A stretch of 64,000 nucleotides of DNA from an uncultured Methanoregulaceae archaeon (lineage in GTDB: Archaea; Halobacteriota; Methanomicrobia; Methanomicrobiales; Methanospirillaceae), in contig CAVTTL010000001.1 of assembly GCA_963737635.1 (NCBI GenBank), forward strand, positions 64,001-128,000, written 5' to 3'. The position numbers and the translations under genes are program-made. Below are positions 21,351 to 31,499 of this stretch, one piece after another. Below the pieces are notes generated by a model. It was not told the DNA's origin, ran no database searches, and worked only from the letters and a program-made list of their open reading frames with translations. How positions within the stretch are numbered: the first letter of the stretch is position 1; each line of letters opens with the position of its first letter.

Positions 21351-21427
21351 GAACACGCGGCATTGCTGGACCGATTTTCGGTAGATATACCGTATTCAAC
21401 AAACTACAGAAGGGAGCACGTTATTTT

Positions 21428-22576
21428 CTATTTTTTTGCCGGCTCCTTTATAGTGAATGTCCTGAGGATCTCAAGAGAGATCTTTGTCCCAAGCGAGGGC
21501 TGGAGCGACTCGATCCATAAGAAAAACCCGACGCGTGACGGTGTCGGCCGCTCGAACCGGAAGTGGCCATCCTTTGTTTGCACCATCTTGAGGTACTCTT
21601 TTTTCTCTCTGGAACGGAGGTACAGGATCAATTCAAAGCCGGGGAGATCCGTCGCGAGGATTGCCTTTGAGAAATACCCGAAGAAATCAGCGTATTCAAT
21701 ACGTTTGCCCTTGACCACTAAGCCGTACTGATCGCAGACCGCCTTTATCGCATGAGGGTACAGCGCCCCATACAAGATCTTTTTTACTAATGCCTCGGTA
21801 TCGGTAGAAGGTACGAGATCTTTTTTTCCCCGGCCTTTCGTGATATCGGAGAAGATCCGGTTCCTGAACTCGTCATGGAACTTCCGGTAATCGATCGGGT
21901 GGGGAAGCGGGATATCGGTGGCGCGGATCAGCTTAGGATGGTTAGTAGGTTTTGTGTACAGGATGCGGGGCCGGTAATGCTTGACCAACGCTTTGATCTG
22001 CTCGCAGGAGCTGGTGTGGATGATCGCGTTATCGGGATCCTTTGCGAGCCGTTTTACGACTGAATAGTTAGAGATGTCAAAAGAAGAGACGAGGACAAAC
22101 GAGACGTGTTCCTGACCGTAAAGGTACCCGAGCAGCCGTTTTTTGAAGGCAATCTCGACCTCAAATTCCTTGAGGTCTGCCGGTGAGGTCACCACTTCGC
22201 CAAACGCTACCTGATCCCTGGAATCCACAAGGATAAGGTCAAACTCCGCAAGATCCTGCCCGTTTCCCCGGAAGGTAATATCCCCGTACTTGGAATAAAA
22301 AATGCCATTCTGGCCCAGGTATGCCTGTGCACCGGCACGAGGTGCATCGGCCCCTTTACGTGCAAGATATTTTATCTGGTTGGATTTCTGCGAGATCTCA
22401 AGGAACATTTCGTATACAATCGCCTCGAACCAGCGCCCTTCGGCTGTCCGCATGGGTTCGATATCGGGAGAGAACAGTTTCTTGCGTTCTGTCGTATTCA
22501 TGTGCCGCGTAGCATTGAGCGCAATTGCTGCCGTGGGCTTAAAATTTCTAAAATTGGAGTTCAGCCACGGGATCAT
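21428..22576 (-). CDS. Hypothetical protein with an N-terminal PD-(D/E)XK-like motif
   Basis: GRWFEAIVY...AEFDLILVD...FGEVVTS. Confidence 0.65.
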   Translation of the reverse strand: MIPWLNSNFRNFKPTAAIALNATRHMNTTERKKLFSPDIEPMRTAEGRWFEAIVYEMFLEISQKSNQIKYLARKGADAPRAGAQAYLGQNGIFYSKYGDITFRGNGQDLAEFDLILVDSRDQVAFGEVVTSPADLKEFEVEIAFKKRLLGYLYGQEHVSFVLVSSFDISNYSVVKRLAKDPDNAIIHTSSCEQIKALVKHYRPRILYTKPTNHPKLIRATDIPLPHPIDYRKFHDEFRNRIFSDITKGRGKKDLVPSTDTEALVKKILYGALYPHAIKAVCDQYGLVVKGKRIEYADFFGYFSKAILATDLPGFELILYLRSREKKEYLKMVQTKDGHFRFERPTPSRVGFFLWIESLQPSLGTKISLEILRTFTIKEPAKK

Positions 22577-22746
22577 GATAGATTACCTATATTTTTCACC
22601 GGCAGGCTAAATAATCTGCGAAAGAACCGCCCGGATAGGCCCAGGATTAGTAGATAGAAGCTAGGTATATATATAAAAGAAATATATTTCCACCATATCT
22701 TCCGGTAACTGATTACCGGGAGGTTGAGGGGAGGGGGTAAAAATAG

Positions 22747-23112
22747 ATGATTCGCGAAAAAATGACTTCCGGTAAGGAACCGCTGCCTCGGTACACCATG
22801 GCAGATGGATCCGCACCGGAATACGAAGCGATCCTTCAGCAGATCCAGAACTATCACATATCAATGATCGGCAGGTCATTCTATTACATCCATGCAGGAC
22901 AGACGGATGAACTGAGCCTGTGCAGGATCATCCCCAGTGGCGGCAAGATTTATTTCCATGAGATTGTCGATCACCGGAAATTCGGGATATCGGACGATGA
23001 TATGGAAGAAGCGTCGAAATTTACCACGGGTGTCTTTACTGTCCGGGGCATTTTCCTATCACGCCTCCCATCGAAAAGAAGCTGCGGGCGATTCTTAACG
23101 CGAAATAAATAA
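22747..23112 (+). CDS. Small hypothetical protein (probable indel near 23043)
   Basis: ORF follows a TATA-like tract at ~22668; an alternate frame gives a plausible end (PGHFPITPPIEKKLRAILNAK, stop 23108). Confidence 0.55.
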   Translation: MIREKMTSGKEPLPRYTMADGSAPEYEAILQQIQNYHISMIGRSFYYIHAGQTDELSLCRIIPSGGKIYFHEIVDHRKFGISDDDMEEASKFTTGVFTVRGIFLSRLPSKRSCGRFLTRNK

Positions 23113-23264
23113 AATCCCGGCCCGTTATTCCTGTCGATGTGACAGGAATAGAGGCCGGTGAACTTTTTTTTTACGGGAGGCCAAGGTAAAATTACCCTAC
23201 ATCCCGGAGACACGATTACTGGCACCTTCTGACTTGACGGTATGCCTGCGTTTTAACCGTGTTT

Positions 23265-23618
<354 letters not shown>

Positions 23619-24827
23619 TCAAGCCCGCTCCCCATGCTGGGAGATATCGAGCCCGACGTATTCTTCTTCCTCGGTCACACGCAGCCCTATCGTTTTGTCT
23701 ACGACAGTGGCAAGGATGTATGTGACCACGAACGCATAGATAACTGCCGATCCTGCACCAACAATCTGAGCGATGAACTGGTGGACATTGCCCTCGATCA
23801 GACCTGATGCGCCATTAACGGCCGCGGATGCAAAGATACCGGTAGCAAGTGCGCCCCACAGGCCGCCCATACCGTGAACTGCCCATGCATCGAGACTCTC
23901 ATCGATCCCCCTGCCCTGTCGCCAGAGCATGATAAAGTAGCACATTACGCCGGCTACTGCACCAATCGCGATCGATGCCATCGGCGTCACATACCCGGCA
24001 GCCGGTGTAATGGCAACAAGTCCTGCCACCGCGCCGGAAACAAACCCAAGCGAGCTTGGTTTGCCACCGTGTGCCCAGGAAACGAGCAGCCAGGCCATTG
24101 CGGCGACAGCTGTCGCGGTGTTAGTCGTTACAAAGGCGTTGACCGCAAGACCGTTTGCGGCGACAGCACTTCCCGCGTTGAACCCGAACCAGCCAAACCA
24201 CAAGAGCACGGCACCGAGGATCGACCACGGGATATTAGCAGGTTCCATCGAGTATTTCCCATACCCGACCCGTTTGCCAATGACAAGCGCAAGGGCAAGC
24301 GCCGCAAAACCCGAGCTAATGTGGACAACGGTCCCGCCGGCAAAATCGATAGCACCGAACTGGGATGTCCAGCCGCCGCCCCACACCCAGTGGGCAAGTG
24401 GGTCGTAGACAATAGTCGTCCAGATCGCCGCAAAGATCAAGTACGAACTGAACTTTATACGCTCGGCGAAACCCGAAGTGACGATCGCCATGGTAACGGT
24501 GGCAAACACGAGCTGGAATACCATATACAGCATTCCCGGTACCACCGTGCTGTAGGGGCCGGGATCATTCATGCTCACACCGGTTAGGCCAAGGTTACTC
24601 AGGTTGCCTACAAATCCACCGATGTCCGGGCCAAAGGCAAGCGAATACCCGATCAGTACCCACTGGATGCTTACGAGTGCGAAGGCCACAAATGACAGCG
24701 TTATCATATCAATAAAGTTTTTCTTCCTTACGAGACCGCCGTAGAAGAACCCGACCCCCGGCGTCATGATCATGACGAGCGCCGTCGAAGCGAGCACCCA
24801 TGCAATTGCTCCAGAATCCAAAGCCAT
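23619..24827 (-). CDS. amtB: Ammonium transporter
   Basis: [50 protein letters not shown]. Confidence 0.96.
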   Translation of the reverse strand: MALDSGAIAWVLASTALVMIMTPGVGFFYGGLVRKKNFIDMITLSFVAFALVSIQWVLIGYSLAFGPDIGGFVGNLSNLGLTGVSMNDPGPYSTVVPGMLYMVFQLVFATVTMAIVTSGFAERIKFSSYLIFAAIWTTIVYDPLAHWVWGGGWTSQFGAIDFAGGTVVHISSGFAALALALVIGKRVGYGKYSMEPANIPWSILGAVLLWFGWFGFNAGSAVAANGLAVNAFVTTNTATAVAAMAWLLVSWAHGGKPSSLGFVSGAVAGLVAITPAAGYVTPMASIAIGAVAGVMCYFIMLWRQGRGIDESLDAWAVHGMGGLWGALATGIFASAAVNGASGLIEGNVHQFIAQIVGAGSAVIYAFVVTYILATVVDKTIGLRVTEEEEYVGLDISQHGERA

Positions 24828-25019
24828 TCAATTCACCTGTTTACTTGTAAATGGATCACACATGCCGCGAACCATTCCGACATGGTAACGAGACTCCCAA
24901 GACAGGGGCACAACAAGATGCCCGTGACAAGATCCGGAGAGAAAGTCCGGTATCACATTTGCATTCTGCTTGCCCTCCATCAACAAGATCCTCTTTATAC
25001 CTAACAAAGATTGTAGGAA

Positions 25020-25045
25020 GGAAATTCTATTCCCATGATTATAAA
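25020..25045 (-). promoter_or_regulatory. TATA box plus NrpR operator upstream of amtB-glnK
   Basis: GGAA-ATTCTA-TTCC at 25020..25033 matches the GGAA-N6-TTCC NrpR consensus; minus-strand TTTATAAT at 25038..25045. Confidence 0.8.
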
Positions 25046-25137
25046 TTTTACTATTTTCTTGGGTTTCGTGTGAAATTCTGACTCGGAGATACCAATCTGG
25101 ATTACTACAATAAACAATATCAAAAAAAGGAATGGAG

Positions 25138-26334
25138 TTATGCCCGTTCGCCGTGATGGCAGATGTCAAGTCCGACGTACTCTTCGTCAGGTGTGACCCG
25201 CAGTCCTATGATACGATCGATAAGGACTGCGACTATATAGGTCGCGACGAAGGCATAGACCACGGCGGCACCCGCACCCAGCGCATTGATCAGGAACTGG
25301 TGCACATTTCCTTCAAAGAGCCCGGAGAATCCTGCAACAGCTGCTGCCGCAAAAAGGCCTGTAGCAAGGGTGCCCCATACGCCACCCATGCCATGAATTG
25401 CCCATGCATCCAGGCTCTCATCGAGCTGTTTGCTGATCCGCAGGAGCATCATACCAAAACAGAGTACACCTGCTACGGCACCGATAAAGATCGCAACAAG
25501 CGGCGTGACAAACCCGGCGGCAGGAGTAATCGCAACCATCCCGGCGATCGCACCACTTACCATCCCAAGGGAACTGGGTTTGCCATTGTACCAGCTGGCA
25601 AACATCCACGCAAGTGCACCAGTGGCGGCAGCTGTATTCGTGTTCACAAAGGCGGTAACTGCACTTGCATTCACGGCGAGAGCGCTGCCGGCATTGAACC
25701 CGAACCACCCGAACCAGAGCAAGGCTGCGCCCAGAAGCGCGATTGGGATATTGTGAGGTTCTAGCGAGTATTCGCCAAAGCCGGCCCGTTTACCGATCAC
25801 AAGCGCAAGGGCGAGCGCGGCAAACCCTGAACAGATCTCGACAACGGTCCCACCGGCAAAATCAATAAGCCCCATCTGCTGTGCCCAACCGCCACCCCAT
25901 GCCCAATGTGCGAGCGGACAGTAAACAACGGTCAGCCAGATGAGCGCAAAAACAATAAACGACGTTAGCTTGACCCTCTCTGCTACTGCTGAGGTCACGA
26001 TAGTCAACGTAACTGAGGCAAAGAAAAGCTGGAAGGCCATGTAAACAAGCGGCGGATAGGCCGCAGTGCCCGCACTTGCACTTACCCCGTTCAGCCCCAG
26101 GTACTGAAGATTGCCAATGAATCCTCCTATATCAGAGCCAAAAGCAAGCGAGTACCCTATCAGGATCCATTGGACACTGGTAAGCGCAAGCACCAGGAAC
26201 GAGAGCGCGATCATCGAGATAAAATTCTTCTTTCGGACAAGTCCGCCATAAAAAAACCCGACCCCCGGGGTCATCAGCATAACAAGAAGCGCCGAGACCA
26301 TGAGCCAAGTTGTAACACCGGTATCCAGAGCCAT
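25138..26334 (-). CDS. amtB: Ammonium transporter (second paralog)
   Basis: Same Amt motifs; DFAGGTVVE has Glu in place of the first conserved His. Confidence 0.95.
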   Translation of the reverse strand: MALDTGVTTWLMVSALLVMLMTPGVGFFYGGLVRKKNFISMIALSFLVLALTSVQWILIGYSLAFGSDIGGFIGNLQYLGLNGVSASAGTAAYPPLVYMAFQLFFASVTLTIVTSAVAERVKLTSFIVFALIWLTVVYCPLAHWAWGGGWAQQMGLIDFAGGTVVEICSGFAALALALVIGKRAGFGEYSLEPHNIPIALLGAALLWFGWFGFNAGSALAVNASAVTAFVNTNTAAATGALAWMFASWYNGKPSSLGMVSGAIAGMVAITPAAGFVTPLVAIFIGAVAGVLCFGMMLLRISKQLDESLDAWAIHGMGGVWGTLATGLFAAAAVAGFSGLFEGNVHQFLINALGAGAAVVYAFVATYIVAVLIDRIIGLRVTPDEEYVGLDICHHGERA

Positions 26335-26373
26335 AATAATCTCCTGTAACTTTTACGTGGCCATCACGGATCC

Positions 26374-26399
26374 AAAAGAAAAAAACAGGCAGAGCCTAT
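26374..26399 (-). terminator. Hairpin plus U-tract in the leader of the second amt (terminator/attenuator-like)
   Basis: Minus strand AUAGGC-UCU-GCCUGU-UUUUUUCUUUU, ending about 40 nt before the ATG. Confidence 0.45.
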
Positions 26400-26643
26400 G
26401 CTGGATACGGGGAATACACATCCGTCGTGTATCTATGCACACGACCGTGCACTCCCTCTATCCCCTATCTTTTCTTTATCCAACGGCCAACGGGCAGTTA
26501 CCGGATAAAAAGTCCAGCCTGTCCTGACTGTGCGGGAAAATTTAGAGATTAGGTAGTGAGGTGGCAGCCCGGTCTCCACGATGAATCGCGAAACGGAAGG
26601 CACCGGCCCCAATCGTCTTGAGAACCTTTACTGCCAACATACT

Positions 26644-26676
26644 GGAACTAATTTTCCAACCAATTACATTTATATT
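26644..26676. promoter_or_regulatory. NrpR operator and TATA box in the divergent amt / glutamate synthase promoter
   Basis: GGAA-CTAATT-TTCC at 26644..26657; TTTATATT at 26669..26676, TATA-like on both strands. Confidence 0.8.
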
Positions 26677-26802
26677 TTCTGAACTAACCTTGAAGAGAAT
26701 GCTTACATTCAATTCAGTGAACGTGTCAATACTATACGTTTCAATTTCTGGCTGGGCTCTGGCCGGCCGGGAACTAACCAGACATCCCGATTGTGATAGA
26801 AA

Positions 26803-27852
26803 ATGTGTGGAATTATTGGTGTCATAGATAAACGCCGCCAGTTAATGGACGGTAGTAAGATACGTGCATCGCTCGCGATGATGAACGAGCGGGGAAATGG
26901 CGAAGGAGCCGGTTATGCTGCCTATGGTATTTACCCGGACTTTAAGGACGCCTACGCCCTCCATGTCTTCCTTGACAACGTAAAAGAGAATAAACCGGCA
27001 CTCGTGAAGGAGCTTGAATCGTGGGGTACGATCATCCACGACGAACCTATACCAACCTACGAAGCCGGGATAAAAAAAGTCCATACCCCGTGGCGGTTTT
27101 TTTATACACCTGACATGAGCCGGGCACAGGAGCCTCGCACAACGGCTGATGATATGATCACCTCGCTTATCATGCGGGTAAATACTATGCATAAAGGCAC
27201 CCTGATATTCTCATCGGGAAAGAACATGGGCGTCTTCAAGGCTTCGGGATGGCCTGAGCAGGTTGCCGATCTCTACCACATCGAAAACTACAAGGGATAC
27301 CTCTGGCTTGCCCATAATCGGTACCCGACGAACACCGCCGGCTGGTGGGGCGGGGCACATCCTTTTAACCTCCTTGACTGGAGCGTAGTCCATAATGGTG
27401 AGATTACCTCATACGGGACAAACCGGCGTTATATCGAGAGTTATGGGTACGAATGTACGATGTTTACCGACACCGAAGTCGTGGCGTACCTGGTTGATCT
27501 TCTGGTTAGGAAGCATGGTCTCTCCGAGAAACTGGCGATGCGTGCTCTTGCCCCGCCGTTTTGGGACGAGATTGATGTGATGCCTGAAAAAGAACAGGAG
27601 CTCAACCGGGCGCTCCGTCTTACCTACGGCCCGGCGCTCATGAACGGCCCGTTTGCGATCTGCGTAGCAACTTCTGATATGCTGCTCGGGTTCACCGACC
27701 GGATCAAGCTGCGCCCCTTGGTCACCGGTGAGCATGGCGACCGGCTTTATATCTCCAGCGAAGAGGCAGCAATCCGGAGGATCGAACCGGAGATTAGAGA
27801 CGTCAGTATGCCAAAGGCTGGCGAACCCGTCATCGGGAGGGTTGTCGCATGA
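26803..27852 (+). CDS. Glutamate synthase, class II glutamine amidotransferase subunit (GltB1/GlxB-like)
   Basis: N-terminal MCGIIG, AHNRYPTNT, VVHNGEI, DTE. Confidence 0.92.
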   Translation: MCGIIGVIDKRRQLMDGSKIRASLAMMNERGNGEGAGYAAYGIYPDFKDAYALHVFLDNVKENKPALVKELESWGTIIHDEPIPTYEAGIKKVHTPWRFFYTPDMSRAQEPRTTADDMITSLIMRVNTMHKGTLIFSSGKNMGVFKASGWPEQVADLYHIENYKGYLWLAHNRYPTNTAGWWGGAHPFNLLDWSVVHNGEITSYGTNRRYIESYGYECTMFTDTEVVAYLVDLLVRKHGLSEKLAMRALAPPFWDEIDVMPEKEQELNRALRLTYGPALMNGPFAICVATSDMLLGFTDRIKLRPLVTGEHGDRLYISSEEAAIRRIEPEIRDVSMPKAGEPVIGRVVA

Positions 27853-29361
27853 GCATCGGCAGCATCCCCCTCAGGTTCAAGGTCGAATTGGACACAGAGC
27901 GTTGCATGAACTGCGGCCGCTGCATCGAGAACTGCTCGTATGGCGTGTTCCGGAGAGAGAATGACAAGATTGTCATTAATTCCCGCAACTGCGTGGCCTG
28001 TCACCGCTGTCTTGCGTTCTGCCCACGCGATGCACTCAGCATCTACGAGAAACCCACGGATTACCGGAGCCACCCTGTCTGGACCCGGGAGATTCGCGAA
28101 GCGGTTTTCAATCAGGCAAAAACAGGCAAGATTATTCTTGCCGGGATGGGAAACGTCCTTCCCTACCCGATGATCTTTGACCGGCTCGTGCTTGATGCAT
28201 GTCAGGTTACCAACCCCTCGATCGACCCGCTTCGCGAACCCATGGAGCTGCGGACGTATATCGGGAAAAAACCTACGGCGCTCTCAGTGAAAGAGTACCC
28301 GAATGGCGATACCGATCTCCTCACCAAACTCGCACCAAACCTCAAACTCGAGACGCCAATTATGATTGGCCATATGAGTTATGGTGCGATCAGCCTGAAT
28401 GCCCAGACCGCACTTGCAAAAGCAGTAACGAAGGTAGGGACGTTCATGGGTACTGGTGAAGGAGGACTCCACGAGTCGCTCTACCCGTACCAGAGTAATA
28501 TAATAGTTCAGGTTGCTTCGGGCAGGTTCGGCGTCGACATCAACTATCTCGAACGCGGAGCTGCCATCGAGATCAAAATCGGCCAGGGCGCAAAGCCGGG
28601 GATTGGCGGCCACCTGCCGGGTGAAAAAGTATGCGCCGATGTTTCCTGTACCAGGATGATTCCTGAGGGAAGCGATGCAATCAGCCCGGCCCCGCACCAT
28701 GACATTTACAGTATCGAGGATCTCAAACAACTCGTGCACAGTCTCAAGGAAGCAACCGAGTGGAAGAAACCGGTATTTGTGAAAATCGCGGCAGTCCATA
28801 ATTCTGCGGCGATCGCGGCCGGAATCGCCCGGTCAGGAGCCGATGCGGTAGTAGTCGACGGTTTCCGTGGCGGTACTGGTGCGGCGCCCCGGGTCTTCCG
28901 CGACCATGTGGGCATCCCGATTGAGGCGGCAGTTGCAAGTGTCGATGCGAAGCTGCGCTCCCAGGGTATCAGGAACGAGGTCTCGATCATTGCAAGTGGC
29001 GGGATCCGGGAGAGTGCAGACATCGCAAAGATCATCTGCCTCGGCGCCGACGCCGTTTACATCGGTACCTCGGCTCTCGTCGCGATGGGCTGCCGGGTCT
29101 GTGGTACCTGTAACCGGGGCACCTGCGCATGGGGGATTGCAACCCAGAAACCGGAACTCGACTAAGAGACTCGATCCGGAGACAAACGCGGTGCAGGTTG
29201 CAAACCTGATCCATGCGTGGACTGACGAGATCGCAGAACTCATGGGCGCCGCCGGTATCAACAGTATCGAGAGCCTGCGGGGGAACCGCGACCGGCTCCG
29301 GGGCTACATGCTGGATGAGGGGCTCCTCAAAGTGCTAGACGTAAAATCTGTGGGGGCATAA
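27849..29361 (+). CDS. Glutamate synthase FMN-binding subunit with N-terminal 2x[4Fe-4S] (GltB2; 1-nt insertion near 29160)
   Basis: Two CxxCxxC ferredoxin motifs, MSYGAIS, TGEGG, IEIKIGQGAKPGIGGHLPGEKV, SPAPHHDIYSIEDL; C-terminus continues in another frame to 29361. Confidence 0.92.
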
Positions 29362-29366
29362 AACCG

Positions 29367-30110
29367 ATGTCAGCATTACATATCGATGCATGCAACCTGC
29401 ACTATACTCCTCTTAACCAGCAGATCCGGAAAGCCATCAGCGAAGGTGCAAAGGAGATCGTGATCGACAACGTGCTGGGCCAGCGGTTCATCGGGGACGG
29501 GCTCAAAGGGGATGACGTGAAGATCACGGTCAACGGTGTCCCAGGCGGCGATCTCGCGATGTTCATGAGCGGCCCGACCATCATCGTCCATGGGAACGCG
29601 GATCATGCTCCCGGCAACACCATGAACCAGGGAAACGTGATTATCCACGGGAGCGCTGGTGATGCGACTGCCCACAGTATGCGGGGCGGCAGGGTTTATG
29701 TAAAAAACAATATCGGGTACCGGGGCGGCATCCATATGAAGCAGTACATGGAAAAGCGCCCGATTCTCGTGGTGGGAGGTTCTGCCCGCGCATTTCTCGG
29801 TGAGTACATGGCAGGAGGGCTCCTGATTGTCCTCGGTTTAAACGGCCAGGCACCAGTCGCTGAGCGCGGCGTGGGGAGCGGCATCCACGGCGGCGAGATC
29901 TTTGTCCGGGGGATAGTCGAAGACAAATACCTCGGTGTCGGCGCCCGGCAACTGCCGGCAACTGCGGAACAGATGGCAATGATACGACCTGTTATCGAAG
30001 ATTTTGCACACTCGTTCGGGATCGATCCGGCACCGTTGCTTTCCGCACCTTATTCCCGGATTGCTGCTTCAAGTGCACGACCGTTTGCAAGCAAGTATAC
30101 ACCGGAGTGA
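29367..30110 (+). CDS. Glutamate synthase GXGXG beta-helix subunit (GltB3/GlxC-like)
   Basis: GQRFIG, FLGEYMAGG and GxG repeats; operonic. Confidence 0.88.
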   Translation: MSALHIDACNLHYTPLNQQIRKAISEGAKEIVIDNVLGQRFIGDGLKGDDVKITVNGVPGGDLAMFMSGPTIIVHGNADHAPGNTMNQGNVIIHGSAGDATAHSMRGGRVYVKNNIGYRGGIHMKQYMEKRPILVVGGSARAFLGEYMAGGLLIVLGLNGQAPVAERGVGSGIHGGEIFVRGIVEDKYLGVGARQLPATAEQMAMIRPVIEDFAHSFGIDPAPLLSAPYSRIAASSARPFASKYTPE

Positions 30111-31135
30111 TGGCGATGGCAGATAAGAGTTATCTTGATTTGAAAAGCGAGGTCTGGGACACAAAAAAATGTTCGGGCTGCGGTGCCTGTGTAGCCGTCT
30201 GCCCGGCCGACGCCCTCTCCTTTGCAGAAGGAGAGATGGTGGCAACCCCGAGAAGCAATGGGTACTGTAAGCAGGCGACCGACAACGTTCCCTGTGGGGC
30301 GTGTTACGCCGTCTGCCCCAGGACCAGCGACCAGCAGAATGATACGCTTGGCGCATACCTCGAATTATTCTCAGCAAAATCAACCTTTGAGATCCCGCAC
30401 CGGCAGAGTGGCGGGGCAGTAACGGCAATTCTTGCAAATGCCCTTGATGCAGGCCTAATCGATGCCGTGGTAACCGTAACCGAAGACCCCTGGACGCTCC
30501 AGCCTTCTTCTGCGATCATTACGAAGTCCGAGATCCTTATCCGGGAAGCCGGCAGCCGGTACAGCTGGTGGGTGCCACTCCTTGCAGCACTCAAAGACGC
30601 TGCGATAACCAGGAAGTATACGAAAATTGCAGTAATCGGTGTTCCCTGCGCAGTCCAGGCCGCTGCCCGGATCCGGGCGAGTGAGAACGATCTCCTGCGT
30701 CCCTATGCTAAGGCGATCCGGCTCGTCATCGGCCTTTTCTGCACTGAGACCTTCGATTATGCGAGCCTCGTGCATGGCAAGCTCGAAAAGAAATACAAGA
30801 TTGCACCGCACGAGATACGAAAACTGGACGTTAAAGGCAGACTCGATATCTTAAAACAGGACGGGGCACATCTCTCTGTCCCACTTGCCGATCTTGAGGA
30901 CACGATCCGACCTGGGTGCCGGATCTGCACGGACTTTTCCTCACTCGGTGCCGACATTTCAGCCGGGGCGGTCGGAAGCCCGGCGGGATATACAACACTG
31001 GTCATCCGCACTGCAACAGGCAAGGGGTTTATTGAGAGTGCGGTGCGGAATAAAAGATTAGTCACTGAGCTCGGTGTTGACACTGCAGCGATAGAGAAAC
31101 TGGCTACATCCAAGATCAAGAAAAATTCCCGGTAA
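30107..31135 (+). CDS. FrhB/FdhB-family coenzyme F420-binding subunit with ferredoxin domain
   Basis: CSGCGACVAVCP, QSGGAVTA, GVPC, IGLFCTE, CRICTDFSSLGADISAG. Confidence 0.9.
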   Translation: MMAMADKSYLDLKSEVWDTKKCSGCGACVAVCPADALSFAEGEMVATPRSNGYCKQATDNVPCGACYAVCPRTSDQQNDTLGAYLELFSAKSTFEIPHRQSGGAVTAILANALDAGLIDAVVTVTEDPWTLQPSSAIITKSEILIREAGSRYSWWVPLLAALKDAAITRKYTKIAVIGVPCAVQAAARIRASENDLLRPYAKAIRLVIGLFCTETFDYASLVHGKLEKKYKIAPHEIRKLDVKGRLDILKQDGAHLSVPLADLEDTIRPGCRICTDFSSLGADISAGAVGSPAGYTTLVIRTATGKGFIESAVRNKRLVTELGVDTAAIEKLATSKIKKNSR

Positions 31136-31499
31136 ATCTTTTTTAATCAGATAGTTTTTGTTCAGGGATAGATTCTCGTCACCTGGTCTACAACCCCAGA
31201 ATAGAGATGCTGTTGCATTGATAGTTGATTTGAATATTTTACGAGACGAAAATTGGTCACCAACCATACATCAGAAATTAACGAGATATGAGTTTAGGTA
31301 TTATTCTTAATCAATCCCTGGTAAAATTCTCCTGTCGGTGTGAGAATGCCGACCCGGATATTTGCCGCCGCGATCGTGTTTTCAGCATCTGCCCGGCCAC
31401 TATAGTTCAAAGCGTCGATAGCCGGAGAATAATCGGTATAGCCGAATGGTCTAAAAAGGATCCTCCAGAGCTCATGACAAAATAAGTAACCGGCTGTCG

